Origin: Thraustochytrium aureum
Lineage: Eukaryota
NCBI GenBank assembly: GCA_012862495.1
Contig: BLSG01000411.1
Coordinates: 124,001-173,181 of the forward strand
DNA: 49,181 nt
Reading direction: 5' to 3'
The notes below the pieces were generated by a model. It saw nothing but the letters and a program-made list of their open reading frames with translations. It had not been told where the DNA came from and searched no databases. Both the position numbers and the translations under genes were made by a program. Below are positions 1 through 8,440 of this stretch, piece by piece. Numbering within the stretch: position 1 is the first letter of the stretch; each line of letters opens with the position of its first letter.

Positions 1-2
1 CG

Positions 3-1073
3 TTCACGGTCGACCCGGAGCTGAGGCCCGCAGGCCAAGACCTTGGCCCCGCTCCGCCACTTCCGAGGGCGGAAGGCGAACGTATCCGCGCGACTCCGGC
101 AGTGCGGCGTCTGGCGCGCGATCACGACTTGGACCTCACCCTTGTTCCCGCAACCGGTCCTGGTGGCCGTGTGCTGAAGGGCGACGTTCTCGCGTATATT
201 GCCACCGTGCCTGTCGAAGAGCGGAGGCGGCAGGCGAGCGAAGTGCGCTCCCGCGAAGCCTCCGCGGTGGCTACTGCTGCGGCCGCACCGTCGGCGGACG
301 TTGCTGTCGAGGCCCGGTCTGAGGGGCAAAAGCAGGCACCGGCGGTCTCCAAGCTTGCTGAAGACGTGGTGGTGCCCGTACGCGGGATCCAGCGCATCAT
401 GGTCAAGTCGATGGTCGAGTCGCTCAAGATTCCGCACTTTAACTACATGGAGGAGTACGACATGAGCGAGATGGTGGCCTTCCGCGCCGACCTGAAGCGC
501 ACCGCAGAGGCCCGCGGGCTCAAACTGAGCTACATGCCCATCCTCATCAAGGCGGCCTCGCTGGCGCTCACTCAGTTCCCGCAGCTCAACGCCCACATCA
601 AGAGCGACGCCTCGGAAGTGACCCAAAAGGCTAGCCACAACATCGGGGTTGCCATGGATACGCCTCGCGGCCTCCTCGTTCCCGTGATCCGGGACTGCCA
701 GAACCGCTCCATCCTCGACATCGCGGCGGAGATGGGCCGCCTTCAGGAACTCGGCGCCAACAACAAGCTGGGGGAGAATGAGCTGTCCGGGTGCACCTTC
801 ACCCTCTCCAACATTGGCGCGATTGGCGGCACATACGCATCCCCGATCATCCCCGCGCCTACCGTGGCCATCGGGGCGATCGGCAAGATTCAGACTGTTC
901 CGCGCTTCGTGGACGAGAAGAACACCGACCGCGGCGTTGTTGCAGCCAAGGTGATGAACATCAGCTGGGCTGCAGACCACCGCGTGGTGGACGGCGCCTC
1001 GATCGCGCGGTTCTCCAACCAGCTCAAGGCCTACATTGAGAACCCGTTGACCATGGTTGCGGACATGAGCTAA
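3..1073 (+). CDS. DBT: Branched-chain alpha-keto acid dehydrogenase E2 (dihydrolipoyllysine acyltransferase), 5'-truncated by window edge
   Basis: The frame is open from base 3 (..ATPAVRRLAR..TGPGGRVLKGDV, E3-binding domain). Catalytic-domain motifs IPHF, SHNIGVAMDTPRGLLVP, FTLSNIGAIGG and WAADHRVVDGA. The lipoyl domain lies upstream of the window. Confidence 0.92.
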   Translation, partial: FTVDPELRPAGQDLGPAPPLPRAEGERIRATPAVRRLARDHDLDLTLVPATGPGGRVLKGDVLAYIATVPVEERRRQASEVRSREASAVATAAAAPSADVAVEARSEGQKQAPAVSKLAEDVVVPVRGIQRIMVKSMVESLKIPHFNYMEEYDMSEMVAFRADLKRTAEARGLKLSYMPILIKAASLALTQFPQLNAHIKSDASEVTQKASHNIGVAMDTPRGLLVPVIRDCQNRSILDIAAEMGRLQELGANNKLGENELSGCTFTLSNIGAIGGTYASPIIPAPTVAIGAIGKIQTVPRFVDEKNTDRGVVAAKVMNISWAADHRVVDGASIARFSNQLKAYIENPLTMVADMS

Positions 1074-1253
1074 TCGCATTTGTCGTCCGACGACTTTCAG
1101 TCGATCGTGTTTGGAAAGAGCGAGAGAACAAGGCAGCCGCCCCCAAAATATTTTACTACCTACTGAGTGCCGTCAAAAGTCTCGCTGAAGGCCACCAGAG
1201 TGGGACTCTGTCGCCTCGCTGCTCCATTTGATTTCGGTGCGCACCAAATGCCG

Positions 1254-2360
1254 TTATATTGGCGGGTTGCTGGCACGGAAATCGGCCACCGCTTTGGCCC
1301 TTGCCTCATTCTGCTTGCGTTTCAGCAGGACATCCATGGCGCGCTGGCGGGCTTCTTTCGCGGTGGCGTCGCCGCTGGCCGCGCCGCGCCTCTCCATCAT
1401 ATCGTTTCGAATAGTCTTTGCAAGAGACTTGACCTCGGCAGAACCGTACGGCCCCTTCATCCACGCGTGAGCCTGCTCGGTTGCCCGTGTGACGGCTACT
1501 TGAGCTGCCTCCTTCTCTGCCTTCTTCCTCCGGAGCTCGGCCTCGAGCTTTTGCTCGGCTGCGAGCGCAGCCACCGCCTCGCTCTGCACCATTGCGTCCT
1601 CCAGAGTCTGGGCAAAACAAGTTGTTGCGCACCTCGCGCTGCGCTCGCTCTGCTCAGTCGCAGCGGCATCCTTGGCAAGAATCGTACGCTGGAGCGCCGA
1701 GTGCCTCAGGCGTTCCTGCATGAACCCCACGAAGCGCTCATCCCCAGCCAGGCGGGCAACGTCCTCTGGAAGTCGGCCTCGGTTATTGGCCGACTCGGCG
1801 GCGAGAAGCGCACGCGTACAGTTGCAAAAGATTGCCTTGGCAATGAGCAGGCCATTTGTGCGCGCAAGCCAGTGCAGGCATGTGTCGCCCGCCGCGTCCG
1901 GAATCGCTGGGTCAGCCCCGGCCGCGAGCAGGTCTTTGAGCGCGGCGATCCGAAGCGATATTGGATTGTTTGTTGTGCGGCAAAGGAGCAGCAGTGGGGT
2001 GGACCCAGTCTCATCGCAAGAGTTGACGAAGCTAGGCGTCGCGAACTTGAGCAGAATTCGCGTCACTCTCGCGCGAGCATTCCAGCAAGCCTCGTGCAAC
2101 GCGCGCGGGTTGCGCTGGAACAACACCTTGCCGCCGTCGTTGGCGCCATTCAAGCACTCGCCGACAAACTGCCAGTCGCCTCGCTCACATGCTTTCGTGA
2201 ACGACTCGTGCACAGTGGGCCCCGAGTAGTTGCCCTCTTCGTCGCCGGCCGCGTCGCGGACCCCGAGGCGCTTGAGCTCCGTTTGCCGCTTGTGCTTGTG
2301 CGCTCGCTTCGAGTGTTGAAGGCGCTCCAAGGCGCGCTCTTGAAAGCTCGCTGCCACCAT
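1254..2360 (-). CDS. Ankyrin-repeat protein with C-terminal coiled coil
   Basis: Ankyrin motifs ALHEAC, GSTPLLL and GADPAIPDAAGDTCLHW, followed by an A/E/K-rich helical tail. First ATG is at 2360; the ORF-track start at 2474 is GTG. Confidence 0.75.
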   Translation of the reverse strand: MVAASFQERALERLQHSKRAHKHKRQTELKRLGVRDAAGDEEGNYSGPTVHESFTKACERGDWQFVGECLNGANDGGKVLFQRNPRALHEACWNARARVTRILLKFATPSFVNSCDETGSTPLLLLCRTTNNPISLRIAALKDLLAAGADPAIPDAAGDTCLHWLARTNGLLIAKAIFCNCTRALLAAESANNRGRLPEDVARLAGDERFVGFMQERLRHSALQRTILAKDAAATEQSERSARCATTCFAQTLEDAMVQSEAVAALAAEQKLEAELRRKKAEKEAAQVAVTRATEQAHAWMKGPYGSAEVKSLAKTIRNDMMERRGAASGDATAKEARQRAMDVLLKRKQNEARAKAVADFRASNPPI

Positions 2361-2492
2361 GCTGGCCTCCGGCCTTGCCTTGGGCCGCAGACGCGCCGAG
2401 CTACAGGCGCTCGCTGTCCGGAAGACCTCGCTGTCCACTTCGCAGTCTGCGCCACGCCAGCTCGTAAGGTGCACGCACGCTGGAGGGGCTAG

Positions 2493-2830
2493 CTGGTGTG
2501 GCCGGGTGGCTGGTGTGGCTTGGTGGCTGATGTGGATGCCAAGCTGACGTGGCTGATGTGGCTACGTGGCTTGACGTGACTGCATGGCTTGAGCAGGCTG
2601 GCGGCTGCGTGGCTGATGCCGATGCTGGCAGCAGAGAACAGCGCTTCGCACGTCCGACCTCAACGGCTAGGACAGTCCTACCCTTTGCGATCTTGCATCG
2701 GTGCGCGCTGCGCCATGCCAAGAGCCGCCATACCAAGGGCGCTGCGCCATGCCAAGGGCGCTGCGCGCTGCGCCATGCCAGGGGTTGTGCGCAAGATGAT
2801 GCCAAGGACGGTGCGCAAGATGATGCCACG
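2493..2830. repeat. Short-motif repeat cluster: GTGGC(T) array, then GCGCTGCGCCATGCCA x3 and GTGCGCAAGATGATGCCA x2
   Basis: About 8 GTGGC copies between 2498 and 2613, mostly at 8-9 nt spacing. The 16-mer is at 2705, 2739 and 2765; the 18-mer at 2787 and 2811. Confidence 0.7.
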
Positions 2831-2979
2831 GGCGAAGTGTTGATTTTGTTGATATGCGTCGATTGGGAAAAGCCCGCTTGGGAAACCATTTGCGTTAGCA
2901 CAGCCGGGCGGGCCGACTCGGGGACAGACTCCTCAGATGCAAGCTGCTGACCTGATGCGGCCGAAAAAGAGCCAGCGGC

Positions 2980-3753
2980 TCACTTGAGAGCCTTGATGAC
3001 GTCCTCGGGGGCCTGGACCAGCTCGATCAGCACGCCGGCGCCGCCAATCGGAGTGGCGTCGTTGCCCTTGGGGTGAATGAAGCAGACGTTGTGGCCTGCT
3101 GCTCCCTTGCGAATCCCGCCTGGCGTAAAGCGAACCCCCTTTTCGGAGAGCTCTGCGTACGCCTTGTCGAGGTCGTCGATCCAGAGCCCGATGTGGTTCA
3201 GGCTCGGGACGTGGACTTTCGGCGACTTGTTCGGGTCGAGCGGCTGCATAAGGTCCACCTCGACAGCGTAGGGGCCCTTACCGAGCTGCAAGATATCCTC
3301 GTCTACATTCTCCTTTTCCGATTGGTAGCTTTCGAATGCGTCCGGTCAGCGCTGGCGGACTGGGCCAAGCCAAGCGAACGCAAGCCAGCTCGACTCACTC
3401 GCCAATCTTGGGCACACCAAGCGTGCCTTCCCAGAGCGCGCTCAGCGCGCCCTTGTCCAACCCACCAATGGCCACCTGCTGCAACCCGAGCACCTTGAAC
3501 GTCTTCGGACCCTGCACCCCTCCATCACCAGTTCGCCGCGTCAGCCGCCAGCGACGAGCGAACGCGCCAGCGCGACCGACCACCAACCATCATCCAGCCA
3601 GCTCCGCCCTGCCAGCACCCGGAGCGGCCGCGGACGGGTCCGCGTCAGTCCGCTACGCTCCCATCATCGTCCGATCCCACTTACATTCGACAGCATCCTC
3701 CGACCTCCCACCACGCATCGCGCCGCGCCGCGCGCCGCCGAGCCCGCAAACAT
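2980..3753 (-). CDS. MCEE: Methylmalonyl-CoA epimerase / VOC-glyoxalase family protein, mitochondrial, spliced
   Basis: Inferred exons 3753-3685 ([23 protein letters not shown], presequence-like, donor GTAAGT), 3511-3399 ([17 protein letters not shown]..., donor GTGAGT) and 3328-2980 ([34 protein letters not shown]). CTGAC branch points precede both acceptors and the phases are consistent. A micro-exon near 3608-3588 is possible. Confidence 0.78.
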
Positions 3754-3760
3754 CTTCTCG

Positions 3761-3789
3761 TGCTGCTGCTGCTGCTGCTGCTCCTTCTC

Positions 3790-3822
<33 letters not shown>
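3761..3822. repeat. Interrupted (CTG/CAG)n microsatellite in the divergent MCEE/CWC27 promoter or 5' UTR
   Basis: Two TGC runs separated by CTCCTTCTCCTT, starting 8 nt from the MCEE ATG. Confidence 0.9.
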
Positions 3823-3823
<1 letters not shown>

Positions 3824-4003
3824 CGGTGTCGCGTCGGGAAGAATGGGGTCTGGACGCACAGATGGGCGGACGCAATGCACCTGCGATCGGCGCAGTTGGG
3901 CCCGCGGTGGCGCGCGCAGATCCCGTTCGCTTGCGGCGAGCGAGGCGCGCACGAAGGCGCCGAGGGCCCGGCGCTCGCGTGGGGCTGGGTGCGGCGCGGC
4001 GCG

Positions 4004-5701
4004 ATGAGCCAGAGGTACGGCACGAATGAGCCGCCCACCAGGGGCAAAGTGGTGGTCAGGACCTCGCTCGGCGACATGGACGTCGAGCTGTGGCCAAATG
4101 AAGCGCCCCTCGCGTGCAGGAACTTTTGCCAGCTGTGCATGGAGGAGTACTTTGATGGGGCGCCGTTCCACAGGGTGATCAAGGATTTCATGGCGCAGAC
4201 TGGCGACCCCACTGGGTCTGGCAAGGCCGGCGAGTCAGTCTTCGGGAAGCCGTTCAAGGACGAGGTGCACTCGAGACTGAGGTTCAACCGGCCAGGAATG
4301 GTGGCGATGGCCTCCGAAGGCGACAAGCGCGACTCGAACGGGAGCCAGTTCTTCATCACGCTTGGCCCGTGCGAGTGGCTCAACAAACGGCACACGATCT
4401 TTGGCAAGGTGACCGGCAACACGATTTTCAACGTGCTCAAGCTGAACGAGGCCGAAGTTGGCGCTGAGGACCGGCCCGTGGATCCAATGCCGCGTATTCT
4501 TTCAACCGAGGTTCTCCTGTGCCCCTTTGACGACATCAAGCCGCGCATGTCTCGCTCGCAGCGCGCAGAAGAACGTGCGGCCGCCCTGGCGCGCGACGCG
4601 GCCGAGGCTAGAAGAGCGGCGACAGGCCACCTTGCCAAGCAAGACAAGAGGCTGGTCTCGTTCCAGGGGGAAGAGGAGGAGGAGGAAGAAGAGCCCCCAT
4701 TAGAAGTCAACCTCTTCGACGCCGCGAAAGTCGCCGCTGGAACACCAGGACGCGCCCCGGCCGACCCCGCTAGCGACCTGGAGCGCGACAGGCCCACGAG
4801 CTCGCCCAAGCGCGCCAAAGAGCGGCGAAAGCACGGCCGGGATGAGCCTAAGAGCAGCGAGGATGGCGGTGGCGACCGCAAGAGGCACAAAACGACCAAA
4901 GAGTCCAACAAGCACAAGGCGCCCAAGCACAAGACCTCCAAGGAGTCCAAGCGCAAGCACGACCACGAGCGCGGGAAATCCGGCAAGCGCGAAAGGGATG
5001 GCAAACGCAGCAAGAGCGAGAGGGATGAAAAACACCCTTCGCGTCCGCCACACGACGCAGGCAGGGGCTCGCAGGAACTGGAAACGGCCTGTACGAGTGG
5101 TGCGAGCGCCGAACGGCATGAGATCTCAGAGTACGAGCAGCTTCGCGCGACTCTTGCCCCCCAGGGCGGCAGGAATGCAAGCCATGCGACAGAGCCTGTC
5201 GCAAGCAACCCGGTGCTCTCGGAGCTGGAGAAGCGGCGTGCCAAGTATCTGGCGAGCTCGAGGAAGGCTGCAACGAAAAAGGGGAGACAGGCGGAGACTT
5301 TAAAGATGCTAGACGAGTTTAACAGCAAACTTCGCGCGGCAAACCGAGCCGGGGCTGCACCTGGTTCGTCGGAAGGAGCTGTCGCGCACACCGAGGGGGG
5401 CGGGACCGGCGGCCCCGAAGAGCTGACGAGCGCCAGCGCCGCCGAAGCCTACTCTGGTGGGATCGGCGAGAACAAGATGGAAGACGAAGCTGTCCAGGGC
5501 GTCAACGATGACACCTGGATGCGCACCGAGCTACGATTTCGCCGCCACATTGACGATCAGTTTCGCTTGAACGAGTTGGAGCTGGATTCTGGTGCGCTCA
5601 CGGTGATCGACGCAAAGACAGACCAAGGCAGGCGCGCGATCGATGCCCTCGAAAGAGAGCGCGCCGCGAAGGCCAGTTCTCGGGGGGGCGACGCCCGATA
5701 G
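4004..5701 (+). CDS. CWC27: Spliceosomal cyclophilin CWC27
   Basis: N-terminus MSQRYGTNEPPTRGKV. Cyclophilin motifs FHRVIKDFMAQTGDPTG, FKDEVHSRLRFNRPGMVAMA, NGSQFFITL and HTIFGKVTGNTIFN, then a long charged tail. ATG at 4004. Confidence 0.9.
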   Translation: MSQRYGTNEPPTRGKVVVRTSLGDMDVELWPNEAPLACRNFCQLCMEEYFDGAPFHRVIKDFMAQTGDPTGSGKAGESVFGKPFKDEVHSRLRFNRPGMVAMASEGDKRDSNGSQFFITLGPCEWLNKRHTIFGKVTGNTIFNVLKLNEAEVGAEDRPVDPMPRILSTEVLLCPFDDIKPRMSRSQRAEERAAALARDAAEARRAATGHLAKQDKRLVSFQGEEEEEEEEPPLEVNLFDAAKVAAGTPGRAPADPASDLERDRPTSSPKRAKERRKHGRDEPKSSEDGGGDRKRHKTTKESNKHKAPKHKTSKESKRKHDHERGKSGKRERDGKRSKSERDEKHPSRPPHDAGRGSQELETACTSGASAERHEISEYEQLRATLAPQGGRNASHATEPVASNPVLSELEKRRAKYLASSRKAATKKGRQAETLKMLDEFNSKLRAANRAGAAPGSSEGAVAHTEGGGTGGPEELTSASAAEAYSGGIGENKMEDEAVQGVNDDTWMRTELRFRRHIDDQFRLNELELDSGALTVIDAKTDQGRRAIDALERERAAKASSRGGDAR

Positions 5702-6048
5702 GTAGCGCAGGTACGACAACGGGTTTGGCGACCGTTTCGTCGCGCAACTGCAGAGCAAATGCAGAGCGAGTCAGGCGCGCGCTGCGATGCCCAGATCTCG
5801 GGGGCGACAGCGCATTACCGACACCTTCGTTTGCCGTTTGCAACAGGTCTTAGAATTGTGAAAAGAAAGGCGGTGCTGTGTCGCCTTGGCGCGCCGTTCC
5901 CATCTACCTGCTGCTGCTACTGCTGCTGCTGCTACTGTCCCACAGGCCAGTGCTTGTAAGGCGGACACACACGAAAAAACTGCGCGTGGGTGCCCTGCAA
6001 GGTCCACCCCAGAAAGTTCAACTTGGGATTTCTGTCTTCAAATGTTTG

Positions 6049-7926
6049 CTACGCCGCCAGCGAGCCAGCCTCGTCCACGAGGTTGGCCACTGTATTCTCA
6101 AGTCTGGCCCACTCATCGCGGCGGGGCACTGCAACCTCGCTGGCAACCTCGTAGACATGGACGCGCCCTCGCGCGTCGCCAACATAGATCTGCCTGCCAC
6201 CAGGAGCCCACATAAGGCTCGACAGTGCGCAAGCGCCGCTCGAGGCGACTTGCACACGCGCAACGGGCTCCTCGAGGTCGACGTTGATGTTCCACAAGTC
6301 GAGCATGCCGGCGCCATTCGCTGTTGCAAACAAGGCCGGGTGCGCAGGGCTCCATCTCGCGTCGAAAATGTAGTCCTCTGATCCCTCGAATGTCGCAAGA
6401 GGCACGTCGCCGACGCGCTGCGACCAAAGCTTGACAGTCCAGTCCATCGAGGACGAGAGCACCAAGTCAGCGAGGGAGCTCGAACCCCGGTGAAAGTCGA
6501 GTCTCGTAATGGGCCCAAAGTGCGCCTCGCGCTGGCTCTGCACGCCGGCCTTTGTTCCGTGCACCTGGGCGCGGAACATGCGGCCGTCCTCCGCCCCAAC
6601 ACAAAGCTCGTTGGTCTCCCCATCCGGAAAGGCCAGCGCAGTAGCCGTAATATCCTTCTTGTTCCACACGAGCTGGCGGCTCTCAGTGGGTTGTGACACG
6701 TTGGCAAGCGACCAGAGGCACAAGCGCCCGTCTGTGCTGACGCTGGCAAGGCTGTGCGCGTTCACTGTGCCGGTGATCGCCATCGAATACACCGGGTGGG
6801 TGTGGCTCTCTGCAGAGAGCTGGCTTCGTTGCACCGGTGCCGACTTGGCGCGCAAATCCCAAACCACGATTTGACCCGAGTACGTCCCGCCCACGATGAT
6901 GTTTGGCGCGAAAGGGTGAAACTTGGCAGTGTGAACCGCGTCTTGAGTCGTAAACACGTACTCGGGGCGCTCAGTAGCCATGTGCGAGGACCACACCAGC
7001 ACCACGCCGTTGGGGTCTGACGAGCTTCGGGACCAGTCCAGCTCTGACGTTGCCTGCCGCTTGCCGTACGCGGCAAGGAACAGCTCGCTGTGGTGCGGCG
7101 AGCTCTGAATCTCGGTTACTGTGCGGTCCTTGCTCCAGCGCTCGTCCATGATCACCTCGACGAGCCTGAGCGACTCGGCGGCGGCCCCGGCGGCGGCATC
7201 TAGACCTCCGTAGTCAATAGTGACGTCGAAAGCTGCGTTTTGCTTCATTGCGCGCTCGACGATGCGGACGCCTTGCGAGAGGAAGGCCTGGAAGCCCTGC
7301 TCGCGCTCGATGCAGGCCCTTTCTTCCGCATCTAGGGATGGCGGGGCCGTCTCCGGCTCTTCCAGGCCGCCGGGCGCGGTCGTCGCTGGCGGAGGCCTGC
7401 TCTCTGCGGCCGCTTCGCTCGACGTCTCGGTGGCTTTGCGCGACCGCCGAAGGGGGCTCTGCATCCCTGCGAGGGAGGAATCCAAGTCGTCTTGCTCGGC
7501 GGTCTCTGGCGCGTCGGTCTGCGTTCCCTTGTCGTACGTGTCTGCTGGCTTGCATGGGATGTGGACGGCGCCAAGCTCCACAACGCGCCTCAGCGTCGCT
7601 TGGCTTCGCAGCGTGCCTCCTGCGCTGGCTGGATCGCTCCCCCCTTCGGGCCTTGCGGCAGGCGCAACGGCGCCGCCCCTTTCCGCGCGGTCTTCTTCGG
7701 CTTCGCTTGGCTTCTCGAGCAGTTGCTTGATAAGCGTATCCAGCCCTTCGTTACCCGCCGCTCCTTGACCCGCAGGCGCGGGCGGCTGCGCAGACACCTG
7801 CGTCGGCGCGGCGGCATCAGCGGCGCTTGTCCCCACAGCAGCCTTGCTTCTTCTGATCTCCTCGAGCCTCTTGCGCTTGGCCTCAATGGCCCGCTTCCTG
7901 TCCTCGTTGCGCGACTTGGCGTCCAT
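6049..7926 (-). CDS. DYNC1I: Cytoplasmic dynein 1 intermediate chain
   Basis: N-terminal coiled coil (RKRAIEAKRKRLEEIRR), LC8-binding KGTQT motif, WD40 motifs IVGGTYSGQIVVWD, SHTHPVYS, LSSSMDWTVKLW and WSPAHPALFA. ATG at 7926. Confidence 0.9.
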   Translation of the reverse strand: MDAKSRNEDRKRAIEAKRKRLEEIRRSKAAVGTSAADAAAPTQVSAQPPAPAGQGAAGNEGLDTLIKQLLEKPSEAEEDRAERGGAVAPAARPEGGSDPASAGGTLRSQATLRRVVELGAVHIPCKPADTYDKGTQTDAPETAEQDDLDSSLAGMQSPLRRSRKATETSSEAAAESRPPPATTAPGGLEEPETAPPSLDAEERACIEREQGFQAFLSQGVRIVERAMKQNAAFDVTIDYGGLDAAAGAAAESLRLVEVIMDERWSKDRTVTEIQSSPHHSELFLAAYGKRQATSELDWSRSSSDPNGVVLVWSSHMATERPEYVFTTQDAVHTAKFHPFAPNIIVGGTYSGQIVVWDLRAKSAPVQRSQLSAESHTHPVYSMAITGTVNAHSLASVSTDGRLCLWSLANVSQPTESRQLVWNKKDITATALAFPDGETNELCVGAEDGRMFRAQVHGTKAGVQSQREAHFGPITRLDFHRGSSSLADLVLSSSMDWTVKLWSQRVGDVPLATFEGSEDYIFDARWSPAHPALFATANGAGMLDLWNINVDLEEPVARVQVASSGACALSSLMWAPGGRQIYVGDARGRVHVYEVASEVAVPRRDEWARLENTVANLVDEAGSLAA

Positions 7927-8440
7927 CCCACCAAACCGCGGCAGGAGCCGGCTTCTCGGGGCGCCCAGACGGCCTTCCTGCTGAGACCTATTCTTGCACG
8001 AGGTCTTCCGCTGCGTCTCCGCCGTACGAACGATGCAGCTGCTCCGCTGCTGCCACGGCCGATGCGGCTCTGCCTGCCAGCTCTGCTCTGCCTGGTCTCT
8101 CTTGCGTCTCGGTTGATTCACGATTGATCTTGTCATCTTGGGCCAACGGCGAAGCTCGCGTTGACCAGTCGAGCGGGCTCTCGAGCCTCTCTCGTGGACC
8201 ACGACCTGCGCGGACGTTGCTTGGATGTACTACACGTGAGTGAGTGAGTAGTCTAGTCTTCTCGTAGGCTTTGGGTGCGAGTACTCACGTAGGTCTACGG
8301 GTTGGCCTTGACCTGTCGGTGCTGCGAGTACTTCAGCTCTTCGTGGAGCCCCCTGCTCGTGTTTGCTCGGTCACGGCCACTCGCGCAGCACAACTTCGCC
8401 ATCCAGAGGGCAGACAGTGTGTTAAGGATCTGGTTTTTCG

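Noticed and set aside
3664..5391. 575-aa minus-strand ORF with polyQ
   Set aside because: Antisense to CWC27; the polyQ is the CTG microsatellite. Only its last codons are MCEE exon 1.
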